Source of the DNA: a virus
Taxonomy: Duplodnaviria; Caudoviricetes
DNA length: 64,000 nt
Reading direction: 5' to 3' (one strand)
Virus record (IMG/VR): IMGVR_UViG_2871003000_000003
Span: 64,001 to 128,000 of that record
Positions within the stretch are counted from its first letter, which is position 1; each line of letters begins with the position of its first letter. Below the pieces are notes generated by a model. It saw only the letters and a list, made by a program, of their open reading frames with translations, was not told the origin of the DNA and did no database searches. The translations under genes and the position numbers were made by a program. This document shows, one piece after another, positions 19,146 through 30,221 of the stretch.

Positions 19146-19406
19146 CTATACGTATACATCTATGTTGCATTGTCGTTCTTCATTTTCGATATGAACATCT
19201 ATCCATGTTCTACCGCGTCTGTATGAACTGCTTCCCAAAATATCCAGTGTTACGAGAGGATTCTCACGAATCTGCTCACACTCTTCATTCGTTAGTATAT
19301 TCTTATCCAAGGCTTCCAATTCCTCAAACGTATAATCTGCTAAAGATTTTCCTACTGTTATCATAATCATGACTCCTTTCCTTTTGCTTCGTTCCACTTC
19401 TTTCAA
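19146..19406 (-). CDS. hypothetical protein
   Basis: ORF; internal AAAGGAG RBS. Confidence 0.5.
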   Translation of the reverse strand: MKEVERSKRKGVMIMITVGKSLADYTFEELEALDKNILTNEECEQIRENPLVTLDILGSSSYRRGRTWIDVHIENEERQCNIDVYV

Positions 19407-19496
19407 CCGAGATCAGCTCAATCTGGCGTTTCCTCTGTGTGATATTAATTAACTGTATCTGATGTTTGTTATAAAAATTTTCCATCATGTCTCTTC

Positions 19497-19874
19497 CTAT
19501 TCCATTCTTTCCGCTTTTGTATTTGTTGTATATGGTTCTTTGCTGATTACCCAATCACCTACAGATAGATATACTTTTTCATTATCGTTCCAGGTTTCCC
19601 AACCTTTTATATCATTTACATTGATATATCCGCTATCCGGTGTAACGTCTGTTTCGATATAATAGCCAGTTCCGTCCGAAAAATTTAACTCAAACCCCTC
19701 TGTTCCAATAGTAACGCTTTCGATTTCTTCTGTGTCAATATATGTTTCCGGCATTTCTGCGACTGTTTCCTGAGCTTGTTTCGGTGTGTTTTCAACCGAG
19801 TTTCTTCCTATTATAAATGTTGTAAAAGAAATAATTGCAACAGCACCGATATATAATATTTTCCGCTTCATCAT
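19497..19874 (-). CDS. membrane-anchored/secreted protein
   Basis: N-terminal KRK plus hydrophobic helix. Confidence 0.65.
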   Translation of the reverse strand: MMKRKILYIGAVAIISFTTFIIGRNSVENTPKQAQETVAEMPETYIDTEEIESVTIGTEGFELNFSDGTGYYIETDVTPDSGYINVNDIKGWETWNDNEKVYLSVGDWVISKEPYTTNTKAERME

Positions 19875-20076
19875 TCAAACCTCTTTCTATAAATCCCTTA
19901 CGTTTCCGACTACTTCCCAATCTGTTAAAGCATATGTTGTATTTAGCTTTTCCAGTGGTAAACGTTCAATATTTCCATTTCCTGTATTGTATATGTATCT
20001 GTGCATCTTTGTATCAACGATCGATTCAGTGATAACACGTTTTAAAAACTGTTTTGTCATGGTTTATTTCTCCTTA

Positions 20077-20709
20077 CTATGCGTAAATTTTACCATTTAC
20101 ACCTGTTTTATAATTCTTAAAGATAACAACTGGATTTTTAAAACAGTTCTCTAAATCATCAATATACCTACTGTCAAAGCAGCCATATTTTGATTTTGTA
20201 ATTTTTACATTTTTATTATCTTCAAGAGTTTCTTTTATTTCCTCTTCTTTTAAATCCTGCCAACCTTCAAAAATCATCATAGAACAGTTATAGAAGAGTT
20301 TTCTATATTGTGTTCTTTTTCGGTATGGTGTAAAAATCATTTCCATAACATCACTATACTGTGCATATGTTTTTGCTTTCATGGAATGGAAAGTAATTTT
20401 TTGAGCTACTGGAAAACCGAATTCGTTCAGATATACAAGTGTATATCTTTTTCCTTCCTGTAATTTGTTATAAAGTGCTTTCTGTAATGGTTCCGCGTAT
20501 TTCATAAACAGATCATCAAATACTTTGATAGCTTCGATTTCCGTTGTTGCAGTCTTACTTTCTAACTCCTCGCCATCTTCGTACATTGCCATAACTTCAA
20601 ATTCTCCGAAAATCTCACAGGCATCAATGATTATTTTCTTTCCCATTGTATAACCGCCTTTTAATTCTTCATGTCTTATTGTTCTTGCTAACATTGTATT
20701 TTCCTCCAT
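20077..20709 (-). CDS. hypothetical protein
   Basis: 210-aa ORF. Confidence 0.65.
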   Translation of the reverse strand: MEENTMLARTIRHEELKGGYTMGKKIIIDACEIFGEFEVMAMYEDGEELESKTATTEIEAIKVFDDLFMKYAEPLQKALYNKLQEGKRYTLVYLNEFGFPVAQKITFHSMKAKTYAQYSDVMEMIFTPYRKRTQYRKLFYNCSMMIFEGWQDLKEEEIKETLEDNKNVKITKSKYGCFDSRYIDDLENCFKNPVVIFKNYKTGVNGKIYA

Positions 20710-20715
20710 AATATA

Positions 20716-21105
20716 CTATAATTCAACGTACATATCTATGTTGTGATTGATTCTGAAAAACTGTTCAATATCTTTATAACGTTTCGCTTTGTAATTATCC
20801 GCAAGTATTTTCCCACATTGTACTGATTCATAAAAAATTTCCATCGAAAGCTCTTTATATTCATAACCTTCTTTTAAAGTTGCACATCCTGAACCGTTTC
20901 CCCTACTTGGGATATATTCAAATATCGTTTTGAGACCTTCCCCATATGTTGAATACTGAACATAAATAATATTTTTTCCGTCTGTCATAAGTCCATAAGC
21001 ATAATAATCAGATTTACTTATGAAAACTCTTAATCCATCCGATTTCAATTTATTTAATTCATTTCTCAATTTTTCTTTCTTCTCTGTTAATGTCATAATT
21101 TCCAC
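20716..21105 (-). CDS. hypothetical protein
   Basis: 129-aa ORF with RBS. Confidence 0.6.
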   Translation of the reverse strand: MEIMTLTEKKEKLRNELNKLKSDGLRVFISKSDYYAYGLMTDGKNIIYVQYSTYGEGLKTIFEYIPSRGNGSGCATLKEGYEYKELSMEIFYESVQCGKILADNYKAKRYKDIEQFFRINHNIDMYVEL

Positions 21106-21495
21106 CTTTTAACCTTTCTTTATATATGTTTTCTTATTCTCTTCTAGTTTCGCTCTTGCTCGTCAGTATCGGACTTATACCGATAGACTAGATCGCCGTT
21201 ATCGTTCCTGTGGCTTTCCGCTTTATTCGCTAAGTTCTTCCACGTTTTTCTTTCAAGTTTGCCCTTGTACCACTACGCACTCGTTATCTGGAGCAGATCT
21301 GAAATATCCTTCACGGCTTTTCATATGAAGTTATCAATGTGCTTTAAGATTAAGTTTATCCGTTTATATTGTAGGATTTCCTTCATCTTTGTGCTTTTAA
21401 TATAACACCTTCTAGCAAAGGTGTCAACAGCTTTTTCTATATTTTTGTAGGTTTTTCTACATTTTATTTCTAAAGAAAAAAGCAGATATATCTGC

Positions 21496-21717
21496 TTAAA
21501 TTTCTTTACCATCTTTAAATCGGAATACTGAAATATATTCCGCATCCAAAATAGAAGCAATTTTTTGAAGTTCTTCTTTCGTGAATTTACCCGTTTTTAG
21601 CCTTTGACCGAAAGCTGACGGAGTAACATTCATTTTTTCAGCAATTTCTTTTTTTGTAACGCTTCCAGAATATGCAATTGCCATTTCTATTTGTTGTTGT
21701 AATGTCACTTTAACCAC
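21496..21717 (-). CDS. XRE HTH regulator
   Basis: KKEIAEKMNVTPSAFGQRLKTGKFT.EEL.KIA. Confidence 0.85.
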   Translation of the reverse strand: MVKVTLQQQIEMAIAYSGSVTKKEIAEKMNVTPSAFGQRLKTGKFTKEELQKIASILDAEYISVFRFKDGKEI

Positions 21718-21759
21718 TTCCTTTCCTTATTATTATAAAGGATTTCCTGTTTTTAGACA

Positions 21760-21884
21760 ATAAAAAACATAGATATTTTTGGCTGGGCGGTGTATCCAGC
21801 ATCTCAGGTACTCTTTTCAGAGTGTGTCGGGAACCTTTTCCGACCTCAAAAACATCTATGTTACTACCAATTATATCAGTTTGT
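21760..21884 (-). ncRNA. candidate stand-alone structured sRNA downstream of the PBECR nuclease gene
   Basis: Own promoter TTGACA(21919-21914)-17-TATATT; 16-bp closing stem 21766-21781/21847-21862; three inner hairpins; terminal U-tract. Confidence 0.6.
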
Positions 21885-21924
21885 ACATATAATATACCAT
21901 ATTACAAAAAATATGTCAATGTTT

Positions 21925-22320
21925 TTACAAAAAACTTTTTAATCTTCCACTATGTAAACGTCTATCTATTTTACTTTGATGTATGTCCATCATCGTAGAA
22001 ACATAAAGATAATTTTTTCTTTCATCATATTTAATCCCAATCATTACATTGTCTTTGTATACCTTTATCAGCTCTAATGATTTTCCTTCTTCATTCGGAT
22101 TAATCCCAACATAGTCAGGACTATTTATAATTTCAGATATATTGTTAATATATTTTAGCGCCTTGAAATGTTTTCTTTTTATCATGTGCGTTTTAAGTCC
22201 ATTTGATCTATATATTTCCAATTCAGGCAGATTGATTCCTAGAATATTATTAAATTTTGTATTGTATTTTCCAACGATTACAAGTTCATCCGTATCACTC
22301 AATGTTATATTCTCCTTCAA
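21925..22320 (-). CDS. PBECR (Barnase-EndoU-ColicinE5/D-RelE-like) nuclease domain protein
   Basis: H..KR.H, I.EII.SPDYVG.NP, LELIK and YLYVST pattern. Confidence 0.65.
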   Translation of the reverse strand: MKENITLSDTDELVIVGKYNTKFNNILGINLPELEIYRSNGLKTHMIKRKHFKALKYINNISEIINSPDYVGINPNEEGKSLELIKVYKDNVMIGIKYDERKNYLYVSTMMDIHQSKIDRRLHSGRLKSFL

Positions 22321-24110
22321 TTTTAATAATTATAACATATTTGTTCTTATTCATCAAATACAATACATTAATTTTTCTTGACAGTGCCGGAAGGTGTCCG
22401 GCTTATTCAATTACTTCCTCTATCCTGTAAACTCTAACTACTTAAAAGTATACAATTCGTGGTATGCCATAGGTATTTTCATAATGTTCACTCTTTCTTA
22501 ATATCCAAAAGCCAACCAGTAACCAACCATTCCGACCGTAAAGACAATCGGCATTAACAGCGTTGTAACTTCGAGGATTTTTGTTTTCATGTTTCTTTTC
22601 TTACTTCTCATTTTGATTACCTCTCTCATTCTTATTTGATTGTTTATTCTCTCTTTTATTCTCAGCTACGCAAGCCATGTGTGAAAACATTAGAAGTAAA
22701 GTTGTTTCTACTACTCACTGCTACAAGTCTTACGCTTTTGCCCGAAACATATCTTTCTTTGCTTGTTTTCTATGCCTTGCATAGTCAAAATAAAAATGAG
22801 AGTTGCGCTTTCATCGGGTTAGTTGGCGCTCCCACTGCTCCGGCTCTCTCGTTCCGGCTTATTTGTTTTCAGTACTCTTTATAATACTTTAGGAAGTTAC
22901 CGGCTTTTTAACACTCCTTAAAGTGAACCGGTTTCGCTCATTATGTTTGCTCCCTGCCTGCATTTTCTACCCCGTTCTACGTAGACTGACGGCTTTTAAC
23001 TTTTTCGGTTGTTCTCATACCGTGTATAATCTGTTTTAAAAAAGGAGATATACAAGCTCCTTCATGTCAGCACAACTATGAGGCATTGCTGATCTTGAGC
23101 CTTTCGGAAGTATTAGCCGTTCCGATGCTTTTGCAATTCCTAGTTATTTTTGTGTGTACTCCTTGCCACCGGCACACGTCTTTCACATTGTTTTTCTTCC
23201 TGGAAAATCTTAATACGGAAGTATTGCACTTGATAGGACTTATTCTTGTCGTGCCTATACAAGGTTTTATTTTTTGTTATTCCGTATTATTATTTAAAGG
23301 ACTTGCCGACTTGACAAGTCCTGATTTACAAGTTACAATAATTTATGAGTTGTCGTGTATATATTCTTTTGCTTCTTGTTCCGTTGGACACTTTACAAGT
23401 TGCTTATGATCGGAATTGTACACGACTGTTTCATTGTCGTATGTTATATAGTACATACGTTTTCACCTCCTTTCTTTTGGAAGTGAAAAATTATTTTTTA
23501 ATTTGTTTATTTCTAAAGTCATTATGACTTTCTGCGGATGTATCACTTTCTTTCCATTATGTGATGTTTAAGCCGTTCCGCAGTACGCTGTTCCTTTGCT
23601 GGATTCTCTCAGCGGGGAGTATATAAACTGCACAATCAAACAATAATAAATTTTATTCCTGTCTGTATCTACAATATATACCCTTATCAACTACCCCAGC
23701 CACCTCTTTCTGGCAGGCAACCTTGAAACTAATCATATCTAAAATACTTTTGTTTAACCTATATTCTTTACTCGTAGTTACTCCCTACCCTCTTAGCTCA
23801 TGTCCTCGCTGTTCCGAAAATATCTATTGCAGAATATTTCAGAAAACAGTTACCCGAATTACTCTCAGGAGTCTTGCTTTCAATCTTATAAAATAATTTT
23901 TAAAAGGAATTTTTCACAAGAATTTGTGAAACACGACTTGAAAAGTGAATACTAAAATGTTAGAATATATATAATCACTTTGCAAGAAGTGTGTTTTGTT
24001 GAGCAGTTGTTTTGGTTGGTAGCCTTGTGACAACTGCTCTTTTGTTTTCCTTTTGTGATTATATAATATCATATGTTTTTATGTTTGTCAATCGTTTTTT
24101 GATTATTTTA

Positions 24111-24323
24111 TTAATCTTTTTCGATTATTATTTTTGCTTTATATCCTAATGGGTTTATGATGTCGTTTGTTTCGTCTAAAGATAAATTTTTTTTATTTAT
24201 TTTTCGATTCAAATTTTGATTTACAATACCCATTTTTTCAGCAAGCACTATTTTTTTTATGCCTGACTCTTTAATTAAATTATTGATTTTATTGGATAAC
24301 TCAGCATTATTATTTATATCCAC
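24111..24323 (-). CDS. XRE HTH regulator
   Basis: LAEKMGIVNQNLNRKINK. Confidence 0.8.
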   Translation of the reverse strand: MDINNNAELSNKINNLIKESGIKKIVLAEKMGIVNQNLNRKINKKNLSLDETNDIINPLGYKAKIIIEKD

Positions 24324-24436
24324 TATATCACCTCCTGTTAGGCTATATTATACAATATACTATGATAAAAAACAAATGTTCTGAATGGTATATTTTGTCA
24401 ATTTATGTTACCATAAAAGAAAAAGGATTTTATATC

Positions 24437-24991
24437 ATGGGCAATTATAGAATACAGACACAAGATTTTTATTTCGGCGCTTGTATGTTTTCTTTTTTTA
24501 AACATAATTCTGATACAACACCTTCTATAATAGAAAGTACCGATGAAATTCAGGTTATCAAAATGACAACTAATACAAGCGAAGGCTTTTATATTATAAT
24601 GAAATACACGAAAAACTGTCAAAATAGGAAAACCATTTATAAAAGTTGGACTTTCCCAATCACAGACAAAGACAGAGAAATGATAAAAAAATATCATGAT
24701 ATTTGTGAAAATATATATTTCTTTTTTGTCTGTGGTGAATCGTCAATTTCAGGCAAACCTAAAAAATTAGAAAACGGCGATTTTTATGTTGAAGAAATAA
24801 AATCCGGTGAAATTGCTATATATCGCTATTGCGACTACTTAAAAGTAAAAAATAAAACAAATATAACAATAAACATATATAAAAGCCGAGAACATTATTT
24901 TAGTTTACACACTGAAAAATCTCGTGACAACATTATAAAATCAAAACGTAATAACATCGAAAAGAAAATCTCAGACATTGTTATTATATGA
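24437..24991 (+). CDS. hypothetical protein
   Basis: ATG at 24437 after AAAGGA. Confidence 0.6.
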   Translation: MGNYRIQTQDFYFGACMFSFFKHNSDTTPSIIESTDEIQVIKMTTNTSEGFYIIMKYTKNCQNRKTIYKSWTFPITDKDREMIKKYHDICENIYFFFVCGESSISGKPKKLENGDFYVEEIKSGEIAIYRYCDYLKVKNKTNITINIYKSREHYFSLHTEKSRDNIIKSKRNNIEKKISDIVII

Positions 24992-25384
24992 TCTAACATT
25001 TCACTATTCACTTTTCAAAGTGCAAATTCCTTTTGTAGTTGGGTATCGCTCAGCCAGAATTGACTTTGCTTTTCAGATATGCTACACTTTAGATGCTTAA
25101 ATTATTATGTATCGTGCAGTAAATCTGTACACCCTATGCAAGTTTTACGGCTGACACTTTGTTTGCAATCTCATTTGTTATCTGTGTATCTGTCGTTTAA
25201 CTTGATTATATCTTATCACTTTTATTTATGTTTGTAAATAGTTTTATTTATATATTTATTGTTTTAGTACATATTTATAATCAAACACGCTATTGTATTG
25301 CTTTATTTTAGTAAATATGTATAATTATATTTATAAACAAAATATGGTATAATAAAAGACTTTAAAAGAAATGAGGTATAATCC

Positions 25385-25594
25385 ATGTTAGAATATAAAA
25401 ATACAGAACAGTTTTTAAGTGATTATAGAAGTTATTTGATCGAAAAGGGAATCACTAATACTCACGTTGCGCGGAAAATAGGAATATCTCCTCAGCAATT
25501 ACAAAATGTTTTTAAAAAAAAGGAATTAACTGTCAGTGATGTAATAAAGCTATGTAATGCGATTGATTATAATTGTAAAATTATGATTGAGTAA
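25385..25594 (+). CDS. XRE HTH regulator
   Basis: VARKIGISPQQLQNVFKK. Confidence 0.8.
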   Translation: MLEYKNTEQFLSDYRSYLIEKGITNTHVARKIGISPQQLQNVFKKKELTVSDVIKLCNAIDYNCKIMIE

Positions 25595-25727
25595 GTAATG
25601 TTAGATGTATAAAGTTTTTTGACCGCATATAATAAGTAGTAACACGGTTTATGAGTGTGTAGCTTTTATTTGATTGTGATCTATGGTATAATTATCTGTA
25701 ATAATAAGTAAAGGATTTATAGATAGT

Positions 25728-25955
25728 ATGTTTAGATATAAAATAGATATATTAAAAGCACTCGCAGATCGTGGATATAATGCTACTAAAATACGCAAAG
25801 ATAAAATTATGAGTCAGGCTACTATGCAAAACATACGACAGGGTAAAGGTATTACTACTGATACAATCAATACGATCTGTCTTATTTTAAGATGTCAACC
25901 GTCGGATATAATCGAGATTGTACCGACGACAGAAGAAAAGATAAAATACTTTTGA
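25728..25955 (+). CDS. Cro/CI-type HTH regulator
   Basis: SQATMQNIRQGK, TINTIC.IL.CQPSDII. Confidence 0.85.
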   Translation: MFRYKIDILKALADRGYNATKIRKDKIMSQATMQNIRQGKGITTDTINTICLILRCQPSDIIEIVPTTEEKIKYF

Positions 25956-26040
25956 CACTGATTTTAGTGCTTGACTTTGCACTGTTTTTAGTGTTATTAT
26001 AATTATAGTCAGTAATGGCAACAATATTGAGAAAGGATGA

Positions 26041-26358
26041 TTGTATTTGATTGATATCGAAGTTTTGAAAAGGTTAAATGTGCCTAATAAGATAGTTTTA
26101 ACAAGACATGCGAAAGAAAGACTAATAGAAAGAAATATTACTATCACGGACATTATAAATGGTATTGAGACAGGAGAAGTCATAAAACAGTATGAAGATG
26201 ACAAACCTTTGCCCAGTTGTTTGATACTAGGATTTTCGGTAAATAATAAATATATTCATATTGTGGTTAGTCACGATTGTGATTACATTTATTTGATAAC
26301 AGCATACTATCCTAATACAGATCAGTGGGAAAGTGATTTTAAGACCAGAAAGGTGTGA
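26041..26358 (+). CDS. DUF4258 family putative RNase toxin
   Basis: TRHAKERL.ER.I, GEVI.QY.DD.P.PSCLILG, IHIVVS and ITAY.P motifs. Confidence 0.85.
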   Translation: MYLIDIEVLKRLNVPNKIVLTRHAKERLIERNITITDIINGIETGEVIKQYEDDKPLPSCLILGFSVNNKYIHIVVSHDCDYIYLITAYYPNTDQWESDFKTRKV

Positions 26359-26364
26359 TATTAT

Positions 26365-26601
26365 ATGTTATGTATTGAATGCGGCGCAGTCGCTGAAAAG
26401 GGATATACAACAGACGTTACGGATTTAGGAAACTGTCTTGTTATTATCAGAAATGTACCATGTTATAAATGTACAGAATGCAATGAGATTATTTATACCG
26501 GTGACGTTGTACAGGAAATAGAAAAGATTGTTAATATGGCTAAACAATGTTTACAAGAGGTGTCAATTATCGATTATAACAATTATAAACAAGTAGCATA
26601 A
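26365..26601 (+). CDS. YgiT-type (MqsA-like) zinc-finger antitoxin
   Basis: CIECG...IIRNVP...CTECNE; follows DUF4258; terminator at 26607-26638. Confidence 0.85.
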   Translation: MLCIECGAVAEKGYTTDVTDLGNCLVIIRNVPCYKCTECNEIIYTGDVVQEIEKIVNMAKQCLQEVSIIDYNNYKQVA

Positions 26602-26863
26602 GTATGATAGCGGTGCTGATATGGCGTCGCTATTTTTTGTATGTTATCGTGTCAGTGTGTATGTTAGTGTATATTAACTTGTGTTATGACTGTATAGTTA
26701 TAGTATGTTATATGATACACATGTAATACTTGTGTAATAATAGTGAGTATAGTTGTGTGTTTGTGTGGACTGCATCACGTTGTTGTGTAGGATGTTTAGG
26801 TAAACTAGGAATTATTACTATTATTAGTGTAGTATTGTTTTGATGTATTTTTTTGATGTATAT

Positions 26864-27098
26864 TTATACACAAATTATTGCATAGTTATACACATGATGT
26901 GGATAAGTTTGATTTTAAAAAATGGTATAAAAGTGGTGATGTGGTACTCATTTGTAGGTTATTTTGGATTGCAAGTGGGGAATATGTGTTGGTTTTTGTT
27001 TAATTTTGTGTGTCTGGTGGGAAATTTTGTTTTGAGGTAAGTTTTAAGGCAAAAAGTTATCCACATATTATTTTGAGTTATCAACAGAATGTGGATAA
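26864..27098. promoter_or_regulatory. DnaA-box cluster
   Basis: TTATACACA at 26864 and 26886; TGTGGATAA at 26898 and 27090; TTATCCACA at 27057; TTATCAACA at 27078. Confidence 0.75.
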
Positions 27099-27894
27099 CT
27101 TTTTATTATTAAAAATTTTCACCAAAAATCCGAACTTGTCCAGAAATCCATGAATTTGAGTCTAAAATCCCACCTGATGCAATGTTTCATTGCTACGTAA
27201 AAGACACACACAAAAATCAACAGATTGTCCATAAAATCTCTATATACCGCCCCCTGTTTTCAGATCTTTACAATCAAAACTTTTGCACTTTTCATCAATG
27301 TGCCAAAAGTCCCCAAAGCAACATAATAGTGTAGTATTATGCCACTCCATAATAGGGGCGGTATTAAACATTTTTGACGTATGTTATGCATCAAATATAG
27401 CAGGTATGGGTTCTATCCACACCTCACTACCAAAATTTCGACCTCCGATTTCAACACCAAAATTTTCATCTTCCACTTCAAAAATCCAAAAAATTACCTA
27501 AAAATACTTCGGGAACTCTCTCGACCAACAAAGCATAAACACTGCATTTCTACCATTCTAAACAGTCCAAAAATAACCAAAATCCACCACAATATCCATT
27601 CAAACCCCAAACAAACTCTTACCGTTACTGCATTTTCCCGAACTCAACTTATATTCCAAAAAATTACATATAAAACACACTATCAAAATCCAGAAAACCA
27701 CGTCACCTTACCCCTAAGTGTACCCACATAAATACTGGCATCCCCCGGTATAAAAACATCACACAAAATTACCTCTCTACCGAAGTACCTTATTTTCAAA
27801 ATTACTGACACAAAAAATAAGCAGCCAATTCCTAAGATAAGTCCTTAAGAACCAACTGCTATTATTTATAATCACCCTATAATCATCCAATACC

Positions 27895-27941
27895 GTGAAC
27901 TACCCACGAGCTAAAGCTAATGGGATTGCGAGCCTAATTTT
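27895..27941 (-). mobile_element. 47-bp IS200/IS605-type mini-element, copy 2
   Basis: Same core as copy 1; inserted after TTGAA at the yolD stop. Confidence 0.75.
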
Positions 27942-27942
27942 T

Positions 27943-28371
27943 TCAATAATATTTATTAAATATATCCCCATCTATATAACTAATATCATGAACCGGTACC
28001 TCAGTTCCATTTTCAAATATTACAACATTTCTGTATTCGTGTACCTTCTTCACTCTCCCACTCATTGTAATATACTTTCCACCATCTTTCTTTAAATCTT
28101 TTTCAAAATATGTGATTCTGATATCCGGATCAACATCACCGTCATCTAAGCATTTTCTTAAAATATTCAATCTCTCATTCAGCCTATCCAAAACATCCTC
28201 ATCAAATTCAATCCTTTTATCTGTCAATCTTGCAGTCTCTTTAATTTCTGCATCATAACCTGTCAATGCAGCAAATGGAGAAAATTGAGCAGCTCTATCT
28301 CGCATACTCATTTGAGGATATTTTTTAGAGACAAAATGTGGCAGATCAATAATATCATCGTATTTACCCAT
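27943..28371 (-). CDS. YolD-like protein
   Basis: YDDII.LPH.VS...P.MS..DRAAQFSPFAALTG; downstream of a Y-family polymerase. Confidence 0.85.
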   Translation of the reverse strand: MGKYDDIIDLPHFVSKKYPQMSMRDRAAQFSPFAALTGYDAEIKETARLTDKRIEFDEDVLDRLNERLNILRKCLDDGDVDPDIRITYFEKDLKKDGGKYITMSGRVKKVHEYRNVVIFENGTEVPVHDISYIDGDIFNKYY

Positions 28372-28380
28372 AACACACCC

Positions 28381-29904
28381 CTATGCTTTATGTCCACCAA
28401 TTTGATTATTCCTATCTATTGCAGTAGCTCCTTCTTGTAAACTCATACCTTTTAAAATTGCATTTTTCCCAAATTTTTTCTTGATATCCAAGATAGCTTT
28501 CTGAATATCTTTTTCTTTTTTAAGTTGTTCCTGGTCTACTGCATCTTCCTTTTCAGAAATCATATCAAATAAATTAAGCTGTTCATATCTATCCTGTTTC
28601 GCTTCCTTTTCGCTGATCACATGATTTGCAGACATATTGATTCTTCTGACAAGTAAATTTTCGTCTACAATTCTACTGAATAAATCAAGCACAGCTCTTA
28701 CAATCACGCTAGTAGAAGACGTATAACTATCTAAATTTACTGTTCCATGAGCATGTTTTGGAATTTTTCTCCCATATTGATCAAAAGAGAACTCTCCCTT
28801 ATACTTACTCATTCTGGAAGAATCTAATAGATTTTCTCTATCGTAGCCAATCGTTAATACAATCTGATCCGTTACAAGATTCTTACTAACCAAATCTAAG
28901 ACCAGCATCTCAGTCATTTCACGCACAATAATTTTCGTTTTATCAAAATCAGTTCCACAGTGTAAAACCTGTCCGCTTCCAATACTATTGCTCTCCGGCT
29001 TATATGCTTTTATATCTGAAATTGTAACCGGTTCATAACCCCATGCATGGTCAATCAAAAGCTCTGTATTTTTACCAAACATTCTACGCAGCAAGTCTTC
29101 ATTATAATAATCTGACTCTTTTCCAAGAGAACATCTTGCGATATCGCCCATTGTATATAGTCCTACAGATTCTAATTTTTTAATATACCCTCTACCTACT
29201 CGCCAAAAATCAGTCAATGGTTTATGTTCCCATAGCTTCTCTCGATATGACTTTTCATCCAATTCTGCAATTCTCACACCATTTTCATCTGCAGGTATAT
29301 GTTTGGCAACAATATCCATTGCTATTTTACAAAGATACAAATTAGTTCCTATTCCTGCGGTTGCAGTAATTCCAGTTGTATTCAAGACATCCAATATCAT
29401 CTTCTGTGCAAGTTCTTTTGCGGATAATCCATACGTATTCAAATAAGAAGTCACATCCATAAATACTTCATCAATAGAATATACATGGATATCTTCAGGA
29501 GCAACATATTTCAAATAGATATTATAAATCCTTGTGCTATATTTCATATAAAAAGCCATACGTGGTGGAGCCACAATATAATCAACTTTTAAATCCGGAT
29601 TTGTATCAAGAATTTTTTTACTATATGACTGTCCGGGAAACTCATTCTTTTTCAATCGATATAATCTTGTTGCATTAATTTCTTGCACCCGCTGCACAAC
29701 CTCAAATAATCTTGGTCTTCCAGATATACCATATGATTTCAAAGACGGCGTTACTGCAAGACAAATTGTTTTCTCTGTACGACTGTTGTCTGCAACAACT
29801 AAATTCGTATCCATTGGATCCAAGCCACGTTCTATACACTCCACTGACGCGTAAAAACTTTTTAGATCAATCGCAATATATGACTTATTATTCATGCAGC
29901 ACAC
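28381..29904 (-). CDS. Y-family DNA polymerase (UmuC/UvrX-like)
   Basis: IDLKSFYASVE, YSIDE and C-terminal IGGH motifs. Confidence 0.95.
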   Translation of the reverse strand: MCCMNNKSYIAIDLKSFYASVECIERGLDPMDTNLVVADNSRTEKTICLAVTPSLKSYGISGRPRLFEVVQRVQEINATRLYRLKKNEFPGQSYSKKILDTNPDLKVDYIVAPPRMAFYMKYSTRIYNIYLKYVAPEDIHVYSIDEVFMDVTSYLNTYGLSAKELAQKMILDVLNTTGITATAGIGTNLYLCKIAMDIVAKHIPADENGVRIAELDEKSYREKLWEHKPLTDFWRVGRGYIKKLESVGLYTMGDIARCSLGKESDYYNEDLLRRMFGKNTELLIDHAWGYEPVTISDIKAYKPESNSIGSGQVLHCGTDFDKTKIIVREMTEMLVLDLVSKNLVTDQIVLTIGYDRENLLDSSRMSKYKGEFSFDQYGRKIPKHAHGTVNLDSYTSSTSVIVRAVLDLFSRIVDENLLVRRINMSANHVISEKEAKQDRYEQLNLFDMISEKEDAVDQEQLKKEKDIQKAILDIKKKFGKNAILKGMSLQEGATAIDRNNQIGGHKA

Positions 29905-29955
29905 CTCCTACTATATGTATCATAACAAAAAATTTAAAATTTATCCATATAAAAT

Positions 29956-29969
29956 CGAAAGTATGTTTG
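29956..29969. promoter_or_regulatory. probable LexA box upstream of umuC-like gene
   Basis: CGAAAGTATGTTTG, a degenerate SOS box. Confidence 0.5.
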
Positions 29970-30221
29970 CTTTGTTATGTGTCTGTATCAAATAAAACAA
30001 AAAGAGCAGATTAGAATTCTAATGAACTCTTCTGCTCTTTCTGTTTTTAGCAACTATAAAATAAATTATAATTACTATTTATTACTACTCTAAAACACCT
30101 ACAATTTACAATTATAATACTATACTTTCATATTTTTATCAAGATATTTTTACATATTTCGACAAAATCCCCTTTTTTTCTAAAAACACATCAAATTAAT
30201 TAGAATGTACTACCGCTATAT

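Noticed and set aside
22400-24100. Plus-strand ORFs in the regulatory region
   Set aside because: No RBS or recognisable composition; the region looks like minus-strand leaders, hairpins and tiny ORFs I cannot assign.
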